From positions 136,349 to 200,348 of the forward strand of contig CBDESR010000002.1 of NCBI GenBank assembly GCA_965242615.1: a DNA stretch of 64,000 nt, in the 5' to 3' direction. The position numbers were made by a program, and so were the translations under genes. Shown piece after piece: positions 42,546 through 51,666 of this stretch. The first letter of the stretch is position 1. The number at the start of each line of letters is the position of its first letter. The stretch is from Dehalococcoidia bacterium (GTDB taxonomy: Bacteria > Chloroflexota > Dehalococcoidia > Lucifugimonadales > UBA3495). The notes beneath the pieces were generated by a model. The model was not told where the DNA came from, ran no database searches, and saw only the letters and a program-made list of their open reading frames with translations.

Positions 42546-42874
42546 TGTCCCTGGAAAGTATGCTGATTGTCGCCGCCATCATCTTTGCCATCGGGCTGTA
42601 CGGCACTTTGGCCCGCAGCAATGTCATCGTGGCGCTGATGTCCCTGGAATTGATGTTTAACGCCGTCAACCTCACGGTAGTGGCCTTGGCCCGCTACGCC
42701 GCGCCCTTGGCCGTGCGGGAAAACATTGCCGGCGTCTTGACCGGCCAAGTCTTTGCCGTGTTTATCATCACCGTAGCGGCGGCGGAGATTGCCCTGGGCT
42801 TGGGCATCGTATTGGCAATGTACCGCAACACCGAATCCATCGACCTGAGCGAAGCCAACCGGCTGCGCCACTGA
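42545..42874 (+). CDS. nuoK: NADH-quinone oxidoreductase subunit K, copy 2
   Basis: 109 aa. LYGTLARSNVIVALMSLELMFNAVNLTVVA...AAAEIALGLGIVLAMYR. Confidence 0.92.
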   Translation: MSLESMLIVAAIIFAIGLYGTLARSNVIVALMSLELMFNAVNLTVVALARYAAPLAVRENIAGVLTGQVFAVFIITVAAAEIALGLGIVLAMYRNTESIDLSEANRLRH

Positions 42875-42890
42875 CCGCAACCAGGCAGCT

Positions 42891-43085
42891 ATGTGGATTG
42901 AGTTCAAGCGCGCCCCCAACCTGATGGCGGCGGAGATGTGGCAGGAAGTCCTCGAAGGGGAAGGGCTACCCGCCCGCATCCTGCCGGAAGGCGACATTCG
43001 GGATTGGGCCGAGCGGAAGCCGTTCCGCATCTATGTCCCCAAGGGCCGGGAACACGTCGCCGACGAGATACTGAGGAAACTGTAG
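42891..43085 (+). CDS. Small DUF2007-like (putative signal-transducing, PII-fold-like) protein embedded between nuoK and nuoL of copy 2
   Basis: 64 aa: MWIEFKRAPNLMAAEMWQEVLEGEGLPARILPEGDIRDWAERKPFRIYVPKGREHVADEILRKL. The pattern (..eAe.....Le.eGIpa.i......V.V......A..iL) fits my recollection of DUF2007. The stop abuts the nuoL ATG at 43086. Confidence 0.5.
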   Translation: MWIEFKRAPNLMAAEMWQEVLEGEGLPARILPEGDIRDWAERKPFRIYVPKGREHVADEILRKL

Positions 43086-45155
43086 ATGGTTACCGAACCG
43101 CTGGTATGGGCGGTTTTTTTCCTGCCCCTGGCCGCCTTTCTGCTGATTGGCCTAGTGGTTCGGCCCTTTCTGAACCGCTACGCCCTGCCTTTGAGCGGCG
43201 GGATACTGATTGCCGCCCTGTCGGTCTCGTTCATCCTTTCCCTCTGGCTGCTGTTCCTGCTGGACAGCGGCGGCGGCATCCCGGACTTTGCCCCCCATAC
43301 TTGGCTGGATTTAGGCAGCGCTACCATCGAAATGGGCTTACTCCTCGACCCGCTGACCGGCATTATGCTGGTAGTGGTTAGCGGCGTCAGCCTGCTGGTG
43401 CAGGTTTATTCCCTGGGCTATATGCGCCACGACCGCAGCGCAGCCCGCTACTACGCTTATATGGCCCTCTTTACGGCGGCGATGCTCGGACTGGTACTGT
43501 CGGCCAACATCATCCAGCTTTACGCCTTTTGGGAACTGGTCGGCGTATCCTCTTACCTGCTTATCGGGTTCTGGCACGACCGGCCGGCGGCCGCAGCGGC
43601 CGCCAAAAAAGCCTTTATCGTTACCCGTATTGGCGATGTGGGCTTTCTACTGGCAATCATCTATCTCTTTTTCCAAGCCGACCGTTTTGCCGCTGCCGGT
43701 CTCAACCCACTGCACATCCCGGACCTTTGGCAGGCAGCCCAGCCCATAGCCGCCGGCGGCGCCATCTTGGGCGGAGCGGCCTTGACCTGGGTTGCCTTGG
43801 GCATCTTTGCCGGGGCCGCCGGCAAGTCGGGCCAATTCCCCCTGCATACCTGGCTGCCGGACGCTATGGAAGGCCCCACGCCGGTCAGCGCGCTGATTCA
43901 CGCCGCCACTATGGTCGCCGCCGGCGTCTTTCTGGTCGCTCGTTTCTACCCCCTCTTTCAGGAAAGCCGCGAAGCCTTGACCGTAGTAGCCCTGATTGGC
44001 GGGTTCACCGCTTTTATGGCGGCGACCTTGGGCTTGGTGATGAACGATATAAAGCGGGTGATGGCTTACTCCACCGTCAGCCAGTTGGGCTATATGATGG
44101 CGGCCTTGGGGATGGGCGCTTTCGGGCCGGCTTTATTCCACCTCTTTACCCACGCCTTTTTCAAGGCATTGCTGTTCCTCGGGGCGGGCAGCGTCAACCA
44201 CGCCAGCGGTACCTTTAATATGCGCTATATGGGCGGACTGCGCCGGGTTATGCCCTGGACTTACGCCCTTACCCTCATTGGCGGGCTGAGTCTGGTCGGC
44301 ATCATCCCCTTGGCCGGGTTTTGGAGCAAAGATGAAATCCTCACCGGCGTTTGGCTGAGCGGCGGGCCGGTAGCGTCGGAAGTAGGTATGCTGGTCTTTG
44401 CATTGTTGGGATTGGGCGTGCTGCTGACCGCCTTTTACACTTTCCGAATGATTTTCCTGACCTTTCACGGCACCTTTCGCGGCGGCGGCCGGCAGGAAAT
44501 AGCCGATGCGACCGTGCGGCGGGAATCTATTCCATCATCGGTATCCCCGGAAGTCCACCGGGCGGAATCCCCTTGGGTAATGGTCGGCCCAATGCTTTGC
44601 CTCGGCATCGCGGCGATCGTTGCCGGCTACCTGACAAACCCCCAATGGGTCAAAACTTTTATCGTCATTCCGGGCCACTGGTTCAGCCACTACATCGAGG
44701 CGGCGGTAGTGTTCGACCAGCCGGAAACGCCGCCCTTCAACTTTGCCATTGCCCTGCTCTCCACTTTGACAGCGGCGGTAGGCATTGGCTTGGCTTGGGT
44801 GCTGTACCACTACCGCCCAACCCGCAGCCGGCTGGATTTGCGGCAAGAGGAACCGTTGACCAAAGGGGCGCAGTTGCATACCCTCTTGACCCGCAAGTAT
44901 TACGCCGACGAACTGTATGAGAATTGGCTGGTGCGGCGCGGCTTTTACCGGGCCTTGGCCCAAGCCGTGGACTGGCTCGACCGCAATTGGGTTGACCGCT
45001 TGGTGGACTTTACCGCCGGCGTCTTTCGCAACGCCGGACGGCCGCTAGCCCAACTTCAGACCGGGCAAGTGCAGTTTTACGGCGCGGTTATAGTTCTGGG
45101 CGGTGTGCTGATGTTGGTAGGCTACCTGATTTTCGGGGCCGGACTGCGAGGTTAG
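43086..45155 (+). CDS. nuoL: NADH-quinone oxidoreductase subunit L, copy 2
   Basis: 689 aa. GKSGQFPLHTWLPDAMEGPTPVSALIHAATMVAAGVFLV, plus the long C-terminal amphipathic region typical of NuoL. Confidence 0.93.
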   Translation: MVTEPLVWAVFFLPLAAFLLIGLVVRPFLNRYALPLSGGILIAALSVSFILSLWLLFLLDSGGGIPDFAPHTWLDLGSATIEMGLLLDPLTGIMLVVVSGVSLLVQVYSLGYMRHDRSAARYYAYMALFTAAMLGLVLSANIIQLYAFWELVGVSSYLLIGFWHDRPAAAAAAKKAFIVTRIGDVGFLLAIIYLFFQADRFAAAGLNPLHIPDLWQAAQPIAAGGAILGGAALTWVALGIFAGAAGKSGQFPLHTWLPDAMEGPTPVSALIHAATMVAAGVFLVARFYPLFQESREALTVVALIGGFTAFMAATLGLVMNDIKRVMAYSTVSQLGYMMAALGMGAFGPALFHLFTHAFFKALLFLGAGSVNHASGTFNMRYMGGLRRVMPWTYALTLIGGLSLVGIIPLAGFWSKDEILTGVWLSGGPVASEVGMLVFALLGLGVLLTAFYTFRMIFLTFHGTFRGGGRQEIADATVRRESIPSSVSPEVHRAESPWVMVGPMLCLGIAAIVAGYLTNPQWVKTFIVIPGHWFSHYIEAAVVFDQPETPPFNFAIALLSTLTAAVGIGLAWVLYHYRPTRSRLDLRQEEPLTKGAQLHTLLTRKYYADELYENWLVRRGFYRALAQAVDWLDRNWVDRLVDFTAGVFRNAGRPLAQLQTGQVQFYGAVIVLGGVLMLVGYLIFGAGLRG

Positions 45156-45159
45156 CGGG

Positions 45160-46707
45160 ATGTACGCTGTACCGGGACTGCTCTCCCTTACCGTGTTCCT
45201 GCCGGCTGCCGGAGCTTTGGTCATCCTGACCCTGCTGCGTGGCGACCGGGTCATCCGCGCCTTTGCCTTTGCCATCGGGCTGATTACCCTGCTGCTCTCC
45301 TTGGTGGTGTTCCTGCTCTTCGACCGCAGCGCCGTGGCTGCCCGTTTCCAACTGATTGACCGTTTCGACTGGATTTCCAGCCAAACCCTGAACGCCAGTT
45401 ATTTCTTGGGCGTGGACGGATTGAGCGCGCCCCTAGTGCTGCTGACCGGCTTGCTCGGTTTCTGCGCCGTCATCGTATCTTGGCACATCCAGCTACGGGT
45501 AAAAGAGTATTTCATCTGGCTGCTCCTGCTGCAAACGGCGGTAATGGGCGTCTTTACCGCCTTGGATTTCCTGCTGTTTTTCCTGTTCTGGGAGTTGGAA
45601 CTGGTGCCGATGTATATGCTCATCGCCACTTGGGGCACCGGCCGCAAGGAATACTCGGCGATGAAGTTCCTGATATTTACCATCCTGGGCAGCGCCTTTA
45701 TGCTGGTGGCAATCATCGCCCTTTTCCTGAGCCAGCCCGGCGGCTCCTTTGATATGACGCAGCTGCTGACCCCGGGCTCAATGCTGACCGGAGCCAGCGC
45801 CGCCCTGCCTTTGGGCTTGATGTTCTGGCTTTTCTTTGCCGCCTTTGCCATCAAACTCCCCACTTGGCCGGTGCATACTTGGCTGCCCGACGCCCACACC
45901 GACGCGCCTACCGCCGCCAGCGTAATGCTGGCCGGGGTAATGCTGAAAATGGGCGGCTACGGCTTGCTGCGGGTCAATGTGGGGATGTTCCCGGGAGAAG
46001 TAACTGCCTTCGCTTGGGCAATAATTGCCTTGGGCGTCATCAGCGTCCTTTACGGGGCGATTGTTACCATCCGACAAACCGACCTGAAACGCCTGATTGC
46101 CAACTCCAGCGTCAGCCACATGGGATTGGTCCTGGTCGGCATCGGTTCGGTAGGAACGGCCGCCGGGGATTTGAACGCCGCCGGGCTGAACGGGGCGGCC
46201 ATGCAGCTATTCACCCACGGCACCATTACCGGCCTGCTGTTCGCCGGCGTGGGACTGATTTACGACAAAGCCCACACCCGCTACATCCCCGATTTAGGCG
46301 GGCTGGCCGGACGGATGCCCCTAGCGGCCATTGCCTTGGCCGTTGCCGGGTTCGCCTCTCTCGGCCTGCCGGGGTTAAGCGGCTTTGTCTCGGAAGTGCT
46401 GGTATTCTTTGGCGGATTCCGGGCTTATCCTTGGCCCACCGCCTTTGCCGTCTTGGGTATCATCCTGGCCGCCGGCTATATCCTGTGGATGTTGGAGCGT
46501 TCCTTGTTCGGGCCGACGCGGGAGCGGTTTGCCGAGTTGACCGACGCCTCTTTGCTCGAAGCGGTGCCACTGGCTCTACTGGTCATCAGCATTATCGTGG
46601 TCGGCGTCTATCCGGCTATCCTTACCGAAGTTTTCAACGCCGGCATTGCGCCAATGGTAGAAGTAATCAACCAGGGGACAACCGCCCCGGTGGGCGTTTC
46701 CCGCTAA
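45160..46707 (+). CDS. nuoM: NADH-quinone oxidoreductase subunit M, copy 2
   Basis: 515 aa. AIKLPTWPVHTWLPDAHTDAPTAASVMLAGVMLKMGGYGLLR. Confidence 0.92.
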   Translation: MYAVPGLLSLTVFLPAAGALVILTLLRGDRVIRAFAFAIGLITLLLSLVVFLLFDRSAVAARFQLIDRFDWISSQTLNASYFLGVDGLSAPLVLLTGLLGFCAVIVSWHIQLRVKEYFIWLLLLQTAVMGVFTALDFLLFFLFWELELVPMYMLIATWGTGRKEYSAMKFLIFTILGSAFMLVAIIALFLSQPGGSFDMTQLLTPGSMLTGASAALPLGLMFWLFFAAFAIKLPTWPVHTWLPDAHTDAPTAASVMLAGVMLKMGGYGLLRVNVGMFPGEVTAFAWAIIALGVISVLYGAIVTIRQTDLKRLIANSSVSHMGLVLVGIGSVGTAAGDLNAAGLNGAAMQLFTHGTITGLLFAGVGLIYDKAHTRYIPDLGGLAGRMPLAAIALAVAGFASLGLPGLSGFVSEVLVFFGGFRAYPWPTAFAVLGIILAAGYILWMLERSLFGPTRERFAELTDASLLEAVPLALLVISIIVVGVYPAILTEVFNAGIAPMVEVINQGTTAPVGVSR

Positions 46708-46722
46708 CGGCTGGCTGCGCTT

Positions 46723-48327
46723 ATGTCATTGCAAGACCTGTACCTCGTATCGCCGCAGCTGGCTATGGCCGGCTTGGGCCTCCTAGTCATCCTGCTCGAC
46801 TTGCTGACCGGCCGCAAGGGTTGGCTGGCCGCCGTAGCCTTTATCGGCTTGGCTGCGCCCCTGGCCCTGACCGCGGCGCAGCTCTATCAACTGGAGCAAC
46901 TGAACTTTCTGGCCGGCCTTTCCGGCGGCGCCGGGCTGAACAATTTGACGCCCGCCGACAGCATCCTGTCCGCCAGCCTTTCCGTGGACCGGTTCGGCAT
47001 ATTCTTTAACCTGTTGGTCATCACCGCCGCCGCCCTGGTCATACCGGCCTCCGTCGATTATGTCCGCCGGCTTACCCGCTTGACCGGCGAATTCTACGGC
47101 CTGCTGCTACTATCGGCCAGTGGAATGATGCTCTTGGCATCAGCAACAGAATTGATAACCATTTATGTCGCCTTGGAATTAACTACCCTGCCCTTGGTCG
47201 CCTTGGCCGCTTTCCTGCGGAACACTCCCTCCGGCGAAGCCGGGATGAAATTCCTGATTATCGGCGCTATCAGCTCCGCCCTGACCTTGTACGGGATGGT
47301 ATTGATTTTCGGCTATACCGGCGCCACCAGTTTATCGGAAATCGCCGTTAGCATCGGGCAAACTAATGCCGACCCGGGCTTGCCCTTTGGCAGCTACGCC
47401 CTGCTGCTGGGCATCGTCCTGGTTACCGTCGGCATTGCCTTCAAGCTGTCCGCAGTACCCTCCCATACATGGGTGCCGGATGTGTACGAAGCCGCGCCCA
47501 CCCCGATGGTCGCTTTCCTGTCGGTAGCCAGCAAAGCGGTAGCCTTTGCCCTGCTGCTGCGCGTAATTTATACCGGTTTTCCGGAAGTAGCCGGTGAGTG
47601 GTCTTTGTCCTTGGCGGCACTGGCGGCCGTTTCTATGACCCTGGGCAACTTGGTCGCCATCACCCAAAGCAACATCCGCCGGCTTTTCGGCTACAGTACC
47701 ATTGCCCACGCCGGCTATATCCTGGTCGGCGTGGCGGCCGTAACCCAATATGAAACCGCTGCCGGCGGCGCCGGGTGGAGTGGCAACCCCGCCTTTGGCC
47801 CCGGCAGCGTTCTCTTTTACTTGGCCGCCTACACCGCCGCCAACTTGACCGCCTTTTTCGCCATCATCGCCATCAGCCGGCGCATAGGCAGCGACCAAAT
47901 TGAGGACTACGCCGGTATGCTGCGCCGCGCCCCTTTCCCAGCCATAGCCTTGGCCTTGGCCTTGATTGCCCTCATTGGCGCGCCGCCCACCGGTATTTTC
48001 TTTGCCAAGATTTATGTCTTTACGGCGGCCGTGCAGAACGGCTTGGCGTGGCTGGCCATCCTCGGCGTCATCAACAGCGTAATCTCCGCCTACTACTACA
48101 TCCGCATCATCCGGGTAATGTTCCTGCAACCGCCCCCGGAACCGCCGGCGACAACGGCTGAAACCGGCACTGACCCCGAACCGGCGGACACCGCAAGTCC
48201 GGCCGCCCGCTTAACCGAAGTGATGCTGGGAATAGCCGCCGCGGCAACGGTAGCCTTGGGCCTAGCCCCCGGCCCCCTGCTGACCGCTGCGGAAAGGGCA
48301 GTAACCACGATGCTAAGGCTTGCATAG
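46723..48327 (+). CDS. nuoN: NADH-quinone oxidoreductase subunit N, copy 2
   Basis: 534 aa. FKLSAVPSHTWVPDVYEAAPTPMVAFLSVASKA. Last gene of the operon. Confidence 0.92.
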   Translation: MSLQDLYLVSPQLAMAGLGLLVILLDLLTGRKGWLAAVAFIGLAAPLALTAAQLYQLEQLNFLAGLSGGAGLNNLTPADSILSASLSVDRFGIFFNLLVITAAALVIPASVDYVRRLTRLTGEFYGLLLLSASGMMLLASATELITIYVALELTTLPLVALAAFLRNTPSGEAGMKFLIIGAISSALTLYGMVLIFGYTGATSLSEIAVSIGQTNADPGLPFGSYALLLGIVLVTVGIAFKLSAVPSHTWVPDVYEAAPTPMVAFLSVASKAVAFALLLRVIYTGFPEVAGEWSLSLAALAAVSMTLGNLVAITQSNIRRLFGYSTIAHAGYILVGVAAVTQYETAAGGAGWSGNPAFGPGSVLFYLAAYTAANLTAFFAIIAISRRIGSDQIEDYAGMLRRAPFPAIALALALIALIGAPPTGIFFAKIYVFTAAVQNGLAWLAILGVINSVISAYYYIRIIRVMFLQPPPEPPATTAETGTDPEPADTASPAARLTEVMLGIAAAATVALGLAPGPLLTAAERAVTTMLRLA

Positions 48328-48332
48328 CCTAT

Positions 48333-48361
48333 TTGACACCACCCATCCCCCAATGCTAGAC
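48333..48361 (+). promoter_or_regulatory. Candidate promoter of nadK
   Basis: TTGACA (48333-48338), a 17-nt spacer, then TAGACT (48356-48361), just after the nuoN stop. Confidence 0.4.
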
Positions 48362-48414
48362 TGCCTTTCCCAAACCCCGGTGGACTCAAAACTCTGCCCT
48401 ATGGGGTCTCCAGC

Positions 48415-49287
48415 TTGACCACTCCGATAAAAACCGTCGGCATCATCTACAACGCCAGCATCCCCGAGGCTTTGGACTTGAGCACCGCCATCGTCAACGA
48501 GTTGTCCCTCGAACAGCGCAGTTGGATTTCCCCGGCGGAAAACCCGGAAAGCCTCCGGGAACAAGTAGCCGACACCGACTTGGTCATAACCGCCGGCGGC
48601 GATGGCACTATGCTTCGCGCCGTGCGGGTCACCGCCCCTTGCCAAGTACCCCTCGTTGGCATCAATATGGGCCGCCTCGGTTTTATGACCGAGTTGCAGG
48701 TTCACGACGCCCTCGAAAAGCTCCCCCGCTACTACTCCGGCGATATGCGGCTGGACGCCCACAATATGCTCCAAGCCCGTATCCTCCGCGGCCGCAACAG
48801 CGACGCAACGGCAGACGAAACCGTCGCCGGCCCCTTTCACGCCCTCAACGATGTAGTCTTGTCCCGCAGCAATGTCTCCCGCGTCGTTACCATCCGCACC
48901 ACCGTGGACGGCGCTGAACTGGCATCCCTCCGCTCCGACGGCATCATCCTGGCTACCGCCACCGGCAGCACCGGCTACAGTCTCGCCGCCGGCGGCCCCA
49001 TCCTCGACCCCCTTTCCGACAGCCTGGTGCTGAAACCGGTCGCCGCCCATGTCGGAATGACCGCCGCCCTGGTGTTGTCCGCCACCGCCAAAGTCTGCTT
49101 TTACTTGGAAGGCGCGCAAGACGCCGTGTTAAGCGTCGACGGCTACCTCGACCTGACCCTGGAGCCGGGCGACCGGGTGGAAGTGGAACAAAGCCCTCTG
49201 AAAGCCCGCTTTCTCCGCGCCAACCCGCCCAGCCATTTCTACGCCACCCTCACCCGCCGCCTCGGTTTCAGCATCCGCGGCCAATAA
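48415..49287 (+). CDS. nadK: NAD+ kinase
   Basis: 290 aa with a TTG start. Motifs DLVITAGGDGTMLRA (GGDG), NMGRLGFMTE and ATATGSTGYSLAAGGPI. Confidence 0.92.
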   Translation: MTTPIKTVGIIYNASIPEALDLSTAIVNELSLEQRSWISPAENPESLREQVADTDLVITAGGDGTMLRAVRVTAPCQVPLVGINMGRLGFMTELQVHDALEKLPRYYSGDMRLDAHNMLQARILRGRNSDATADETVAGPFHALNDVVLSRSNVSRVVTIRTTVDGAELASLRSDGIILATATGSTGYSLAAGGPILDPLSDSLVLKPVAAHVGMTAALVLSATAKVCFYLEGAQDAVLSVDGYLDLTLEPGDRVEVEQSPLKARFLRANPPSHFYATLTRRLGFSIRGQ

Positions 49288-49317
49288 CCCCCATCCGGCC
49301 TTTAAGGAATCGCCATC

Positions 49318-49893
49318 GTGAGTGACCAAACGCCCACCCAACCGGCCGCCGACTTGACCGAAGTAACCCTCGCCTCCACGCCCATTTACCAGGGCAAGCT
49401 GCTCAGCGTCCGCCGGGATGAAGTGCGGATGCCGAACGGACGCCTGACCACCCGGGAAATCGTCGAACACTGCGACTCGGTGTGTATGGTGCCTTTGGAC
49501 ACAGCCGGCAATGTAGTGCTGGTGCGCCAGTACCGCAAGTCCGTGGCGGCGGCGTTGCTGGAAGTCCCCGCCGGCGGCATCGAGGAAGGCGAGGAACCGG
49601 AAGCCGCCGCCCTGCGCGAACTCCGCGAGGAAATCGGCCACACCGCCGGCCAGTTGCGCCCCTTGGCCGGCTACTATCTGGCCCCCGGTTGGTGCGACGA
49701 GTATATGTACGCTTACTTGGCAACCCAACTCAGCCCCGACCCCATGAGCCAGGACTACGATGAAATCGTCGAAACCCGGCGCGTCCCCTTGCCCGCTACC
49801 CTCGACTTCATCGCCCGGGGCGAAATTCGGGACGCCAAAAGCATCGCCGCCCTCTTGTTGGCAATGCAAGTTATCGCCGCCGGAGAGCAGTAG
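49318..49893 (+). CDS. NUDIX hydrolase (ADP-ribose pyrophosphatase-like)
   Basis: Nudix box GGIEEGEEPEAAALRELREEIGH. The N-terminus IYQGKLLSVRRDEVRMPNG is typical of ADPRase-type Nudix proteins. Confidence 0.85.
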   Translation: MSDQTPTQPAADLTEVTLASTPIYQGKLLSVRRDEVRMPNGRLTTREIVEHCDSVCMVPLDTAGNVVLVRQYRKSVAAALLEVPAGGIEEGEEPEAAALRELREEIGHTAGQLRPLAGYYLAPGWCDEYMYAYLATQLSPDPMSQDYDEIVETRRVPLPATLDFIARGEIRDAKSIAALLLAMQVIAAGEQ

Positions 49894-49982
49894 CCGCATC
49901 CCTGCCGGGATACTATAATATCCCCGGCAAAAATCGGTCGGCGTCCCCCAACAAGCCGGCTATCAGGAGAAAAGTAAAGGGT

Positions 49983-51662
49983 ATGCTGGAGCATGATGTT
50001 CTGGTAATCGGCGCCGGCTTGGCCGGTATGCGCGCGGCCATCGCCGCCCGGGCCAACGGCGCCAACACCGCCATAATCAGCAAAGTTCATCCGGTACGCA
50101 GCCACTCCAACGCCGCCCAGGGCGGTATTAACGCCGCCCTCCTCGACCGCGGCGACGATTGGGAGGACCACGCCTACGACACCATCAAGGGCAGCGATTT
50201 CCTCGGCGACCAGGACGCCATCGAGGTTATGTGCCGCTCCGCCGGCAAAGCCCTCATCGATATGGAACACATGGGCGTTACCTTTAACCGGGACGACGAG
50301 GGCAAACTCGGCACCCGCGCTTTCGGCGGCCAGCGCCGCGCCCGCACCTTCTTTGTCGGTGATTTCACCGGCCAAGCCCTGCTCCATGTGATGTTCGAGC
50401 AGCTCATCAAATCCGGCGTCCGCAGCTACGAGGAGTGGTTCGTTACCTCCCTCATTATGGAGGACGGGCAGGTAGCCGGTGTAATGGCTCTCGAAATCCG
50501 CACCGGCCAAATCCACGCCATCCGCGCCAAAACCATCATTTTCTGCACCGGCGGCTGCGGCCGGCTCTTTGAACCCTCCACCAACGCCCTTATCGTTACC
50601 GGCGACGGTATGGCCTTGGCCTACAACGCCGGCGCCGGCTTGATGGATATGGAAATGGTGCAGTACCATCCCACCACCTTAGCCGGCAGCGGCGTCCTGC
50701 TCTCCGAAGCCGCCCGCGGCGAAGGCGCTTACCTCCGGGACAAAGACGGCAACCGCTTTATGGAAAAGTACGCCCCCAATATGATGGAACTGGCCTCCCG
50801 CGATGTCGTCTCCCGAGCCGAGCAAACCGAAATCAACGCCGGCAACGGCGTCAACGGCTGCGTATTCCTCGACTGCACCCATTTGGGCGCAGCCCTGATT
50901 ACCGAAAAGCTCAGCCAAATTCGCGAAATCGGCATTGACCTGGCCGGCGTCGATATGGTGCGCGAACCGGTGCCGATCCGCCCCGGAATGCACTACATTA
51001 TGGGCGGCATCAAAACCGACATCGACGGCCAGACCACCATTCCCGGCGTCTATGCCGCCGGCGAATGCGCCAATGTCAGCGTCCACGGCGGCAATCGCTT
51101 GGGCGCCAATTCCCTGCTGGACACCATCGTTTTCGGTGAGCGTTCCGGCAATCACGCCGCCGCCGCCAGCCGCGACCTCGACTTCATCCCCTTTGACGAA
51201 GCCGCCGCCGTCCGCAAAGAGGAACAGCGCATCCAGCAAATGCTCGACCGCCCAGACAACGGCGACCGCTGGGGCAGCATCCGCCTCGGTATGGGCGAAT
51301 CGATGGTGCGAAACGTCGCCGTCTATCGCGACCATCAAACCATCGAGGAAGCCATCCGCGACCTCGGCGAAATGCGCGACCGCTACGCCCAAGTCCCCGT
51401 GCATAACAAAAACCGCATCTTTAACACCGACCTGGTCTTTGCCCTCGAATTGGGCTATATGCTCGATGTAGCGGAAACTATCGCCGTCAGCGCCCTCGAC
51501 CGCAAGGAAAGCCGCGGCGCCCAGGCCCGCACCGACTACCCGGAACGGGACGATGCCAACTGGCTCAAGCACATCGTCGCCAAAAAAGGCGAAGTCGGCC
51601 CCGAAGTCTCCTACCTGCCGGTTACCATCACCAAGTGGACTCCCGAAGTGAGGAAGTATTAG
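49983..51662 (+). CDS. sdhA: Succinate dehydrogenase / fumarate reductase flavoprotein subunit
   Basis: 559 aa. DVLVIGAGLAGMRAAI (FAD fold), RSHSNAAQGGINAA (His for covalent FAD), HYIMGGI. Confidence 0.93.
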   Translation: MLEHDVLVIGAGLAGMRAAIAARANGANTAIISKVHPVRSHSNAAQGGINAALLDRGDDWEDHAYDTIKGSDFLGDQDAIEVMCRSAGKALIDMEHMGVTFNRDDEGKLGTRAFGGQRRARTFFVGDFTGQALLHVMFEQLIKSGVRSYEEWFVTSLIMEDGQVAGVMALEIRTGQIHAIRAKTIIFCTGGCGRLFEPSTNALIVTGDGMALAYNAGAGLMDMEMVQYHPTTLAGSGVLLSEAARGEGAYLRDKDGNRFMEKYAPNMMELASRDVVSRAEQTEINAGNGVNGCVFLDCTHLGAALITEKLSQIREIGIDLAGVDMVREPVPIRPGMHYIMGGIKTDIDGQTTIPGVYAAGECANVSVHGGNRLGANSLLDTIVFGERSGNHAAAASRDLDFIPFDEAAAVRKEEQRIQQMLDRPDNGDRWGSIRLGMGESMVRNVAVYRDHQTIEEAIRDLGEMRDRYAQVPVHNKNRIFNTDLVFALELGYMLDVAETIAVSALDRKESRGAQARTDYPERDDANWLKHIVAKKGEVGPEVSYLPVTITKWTPEVRKY

Positions 51663-51666
51663 CCCT

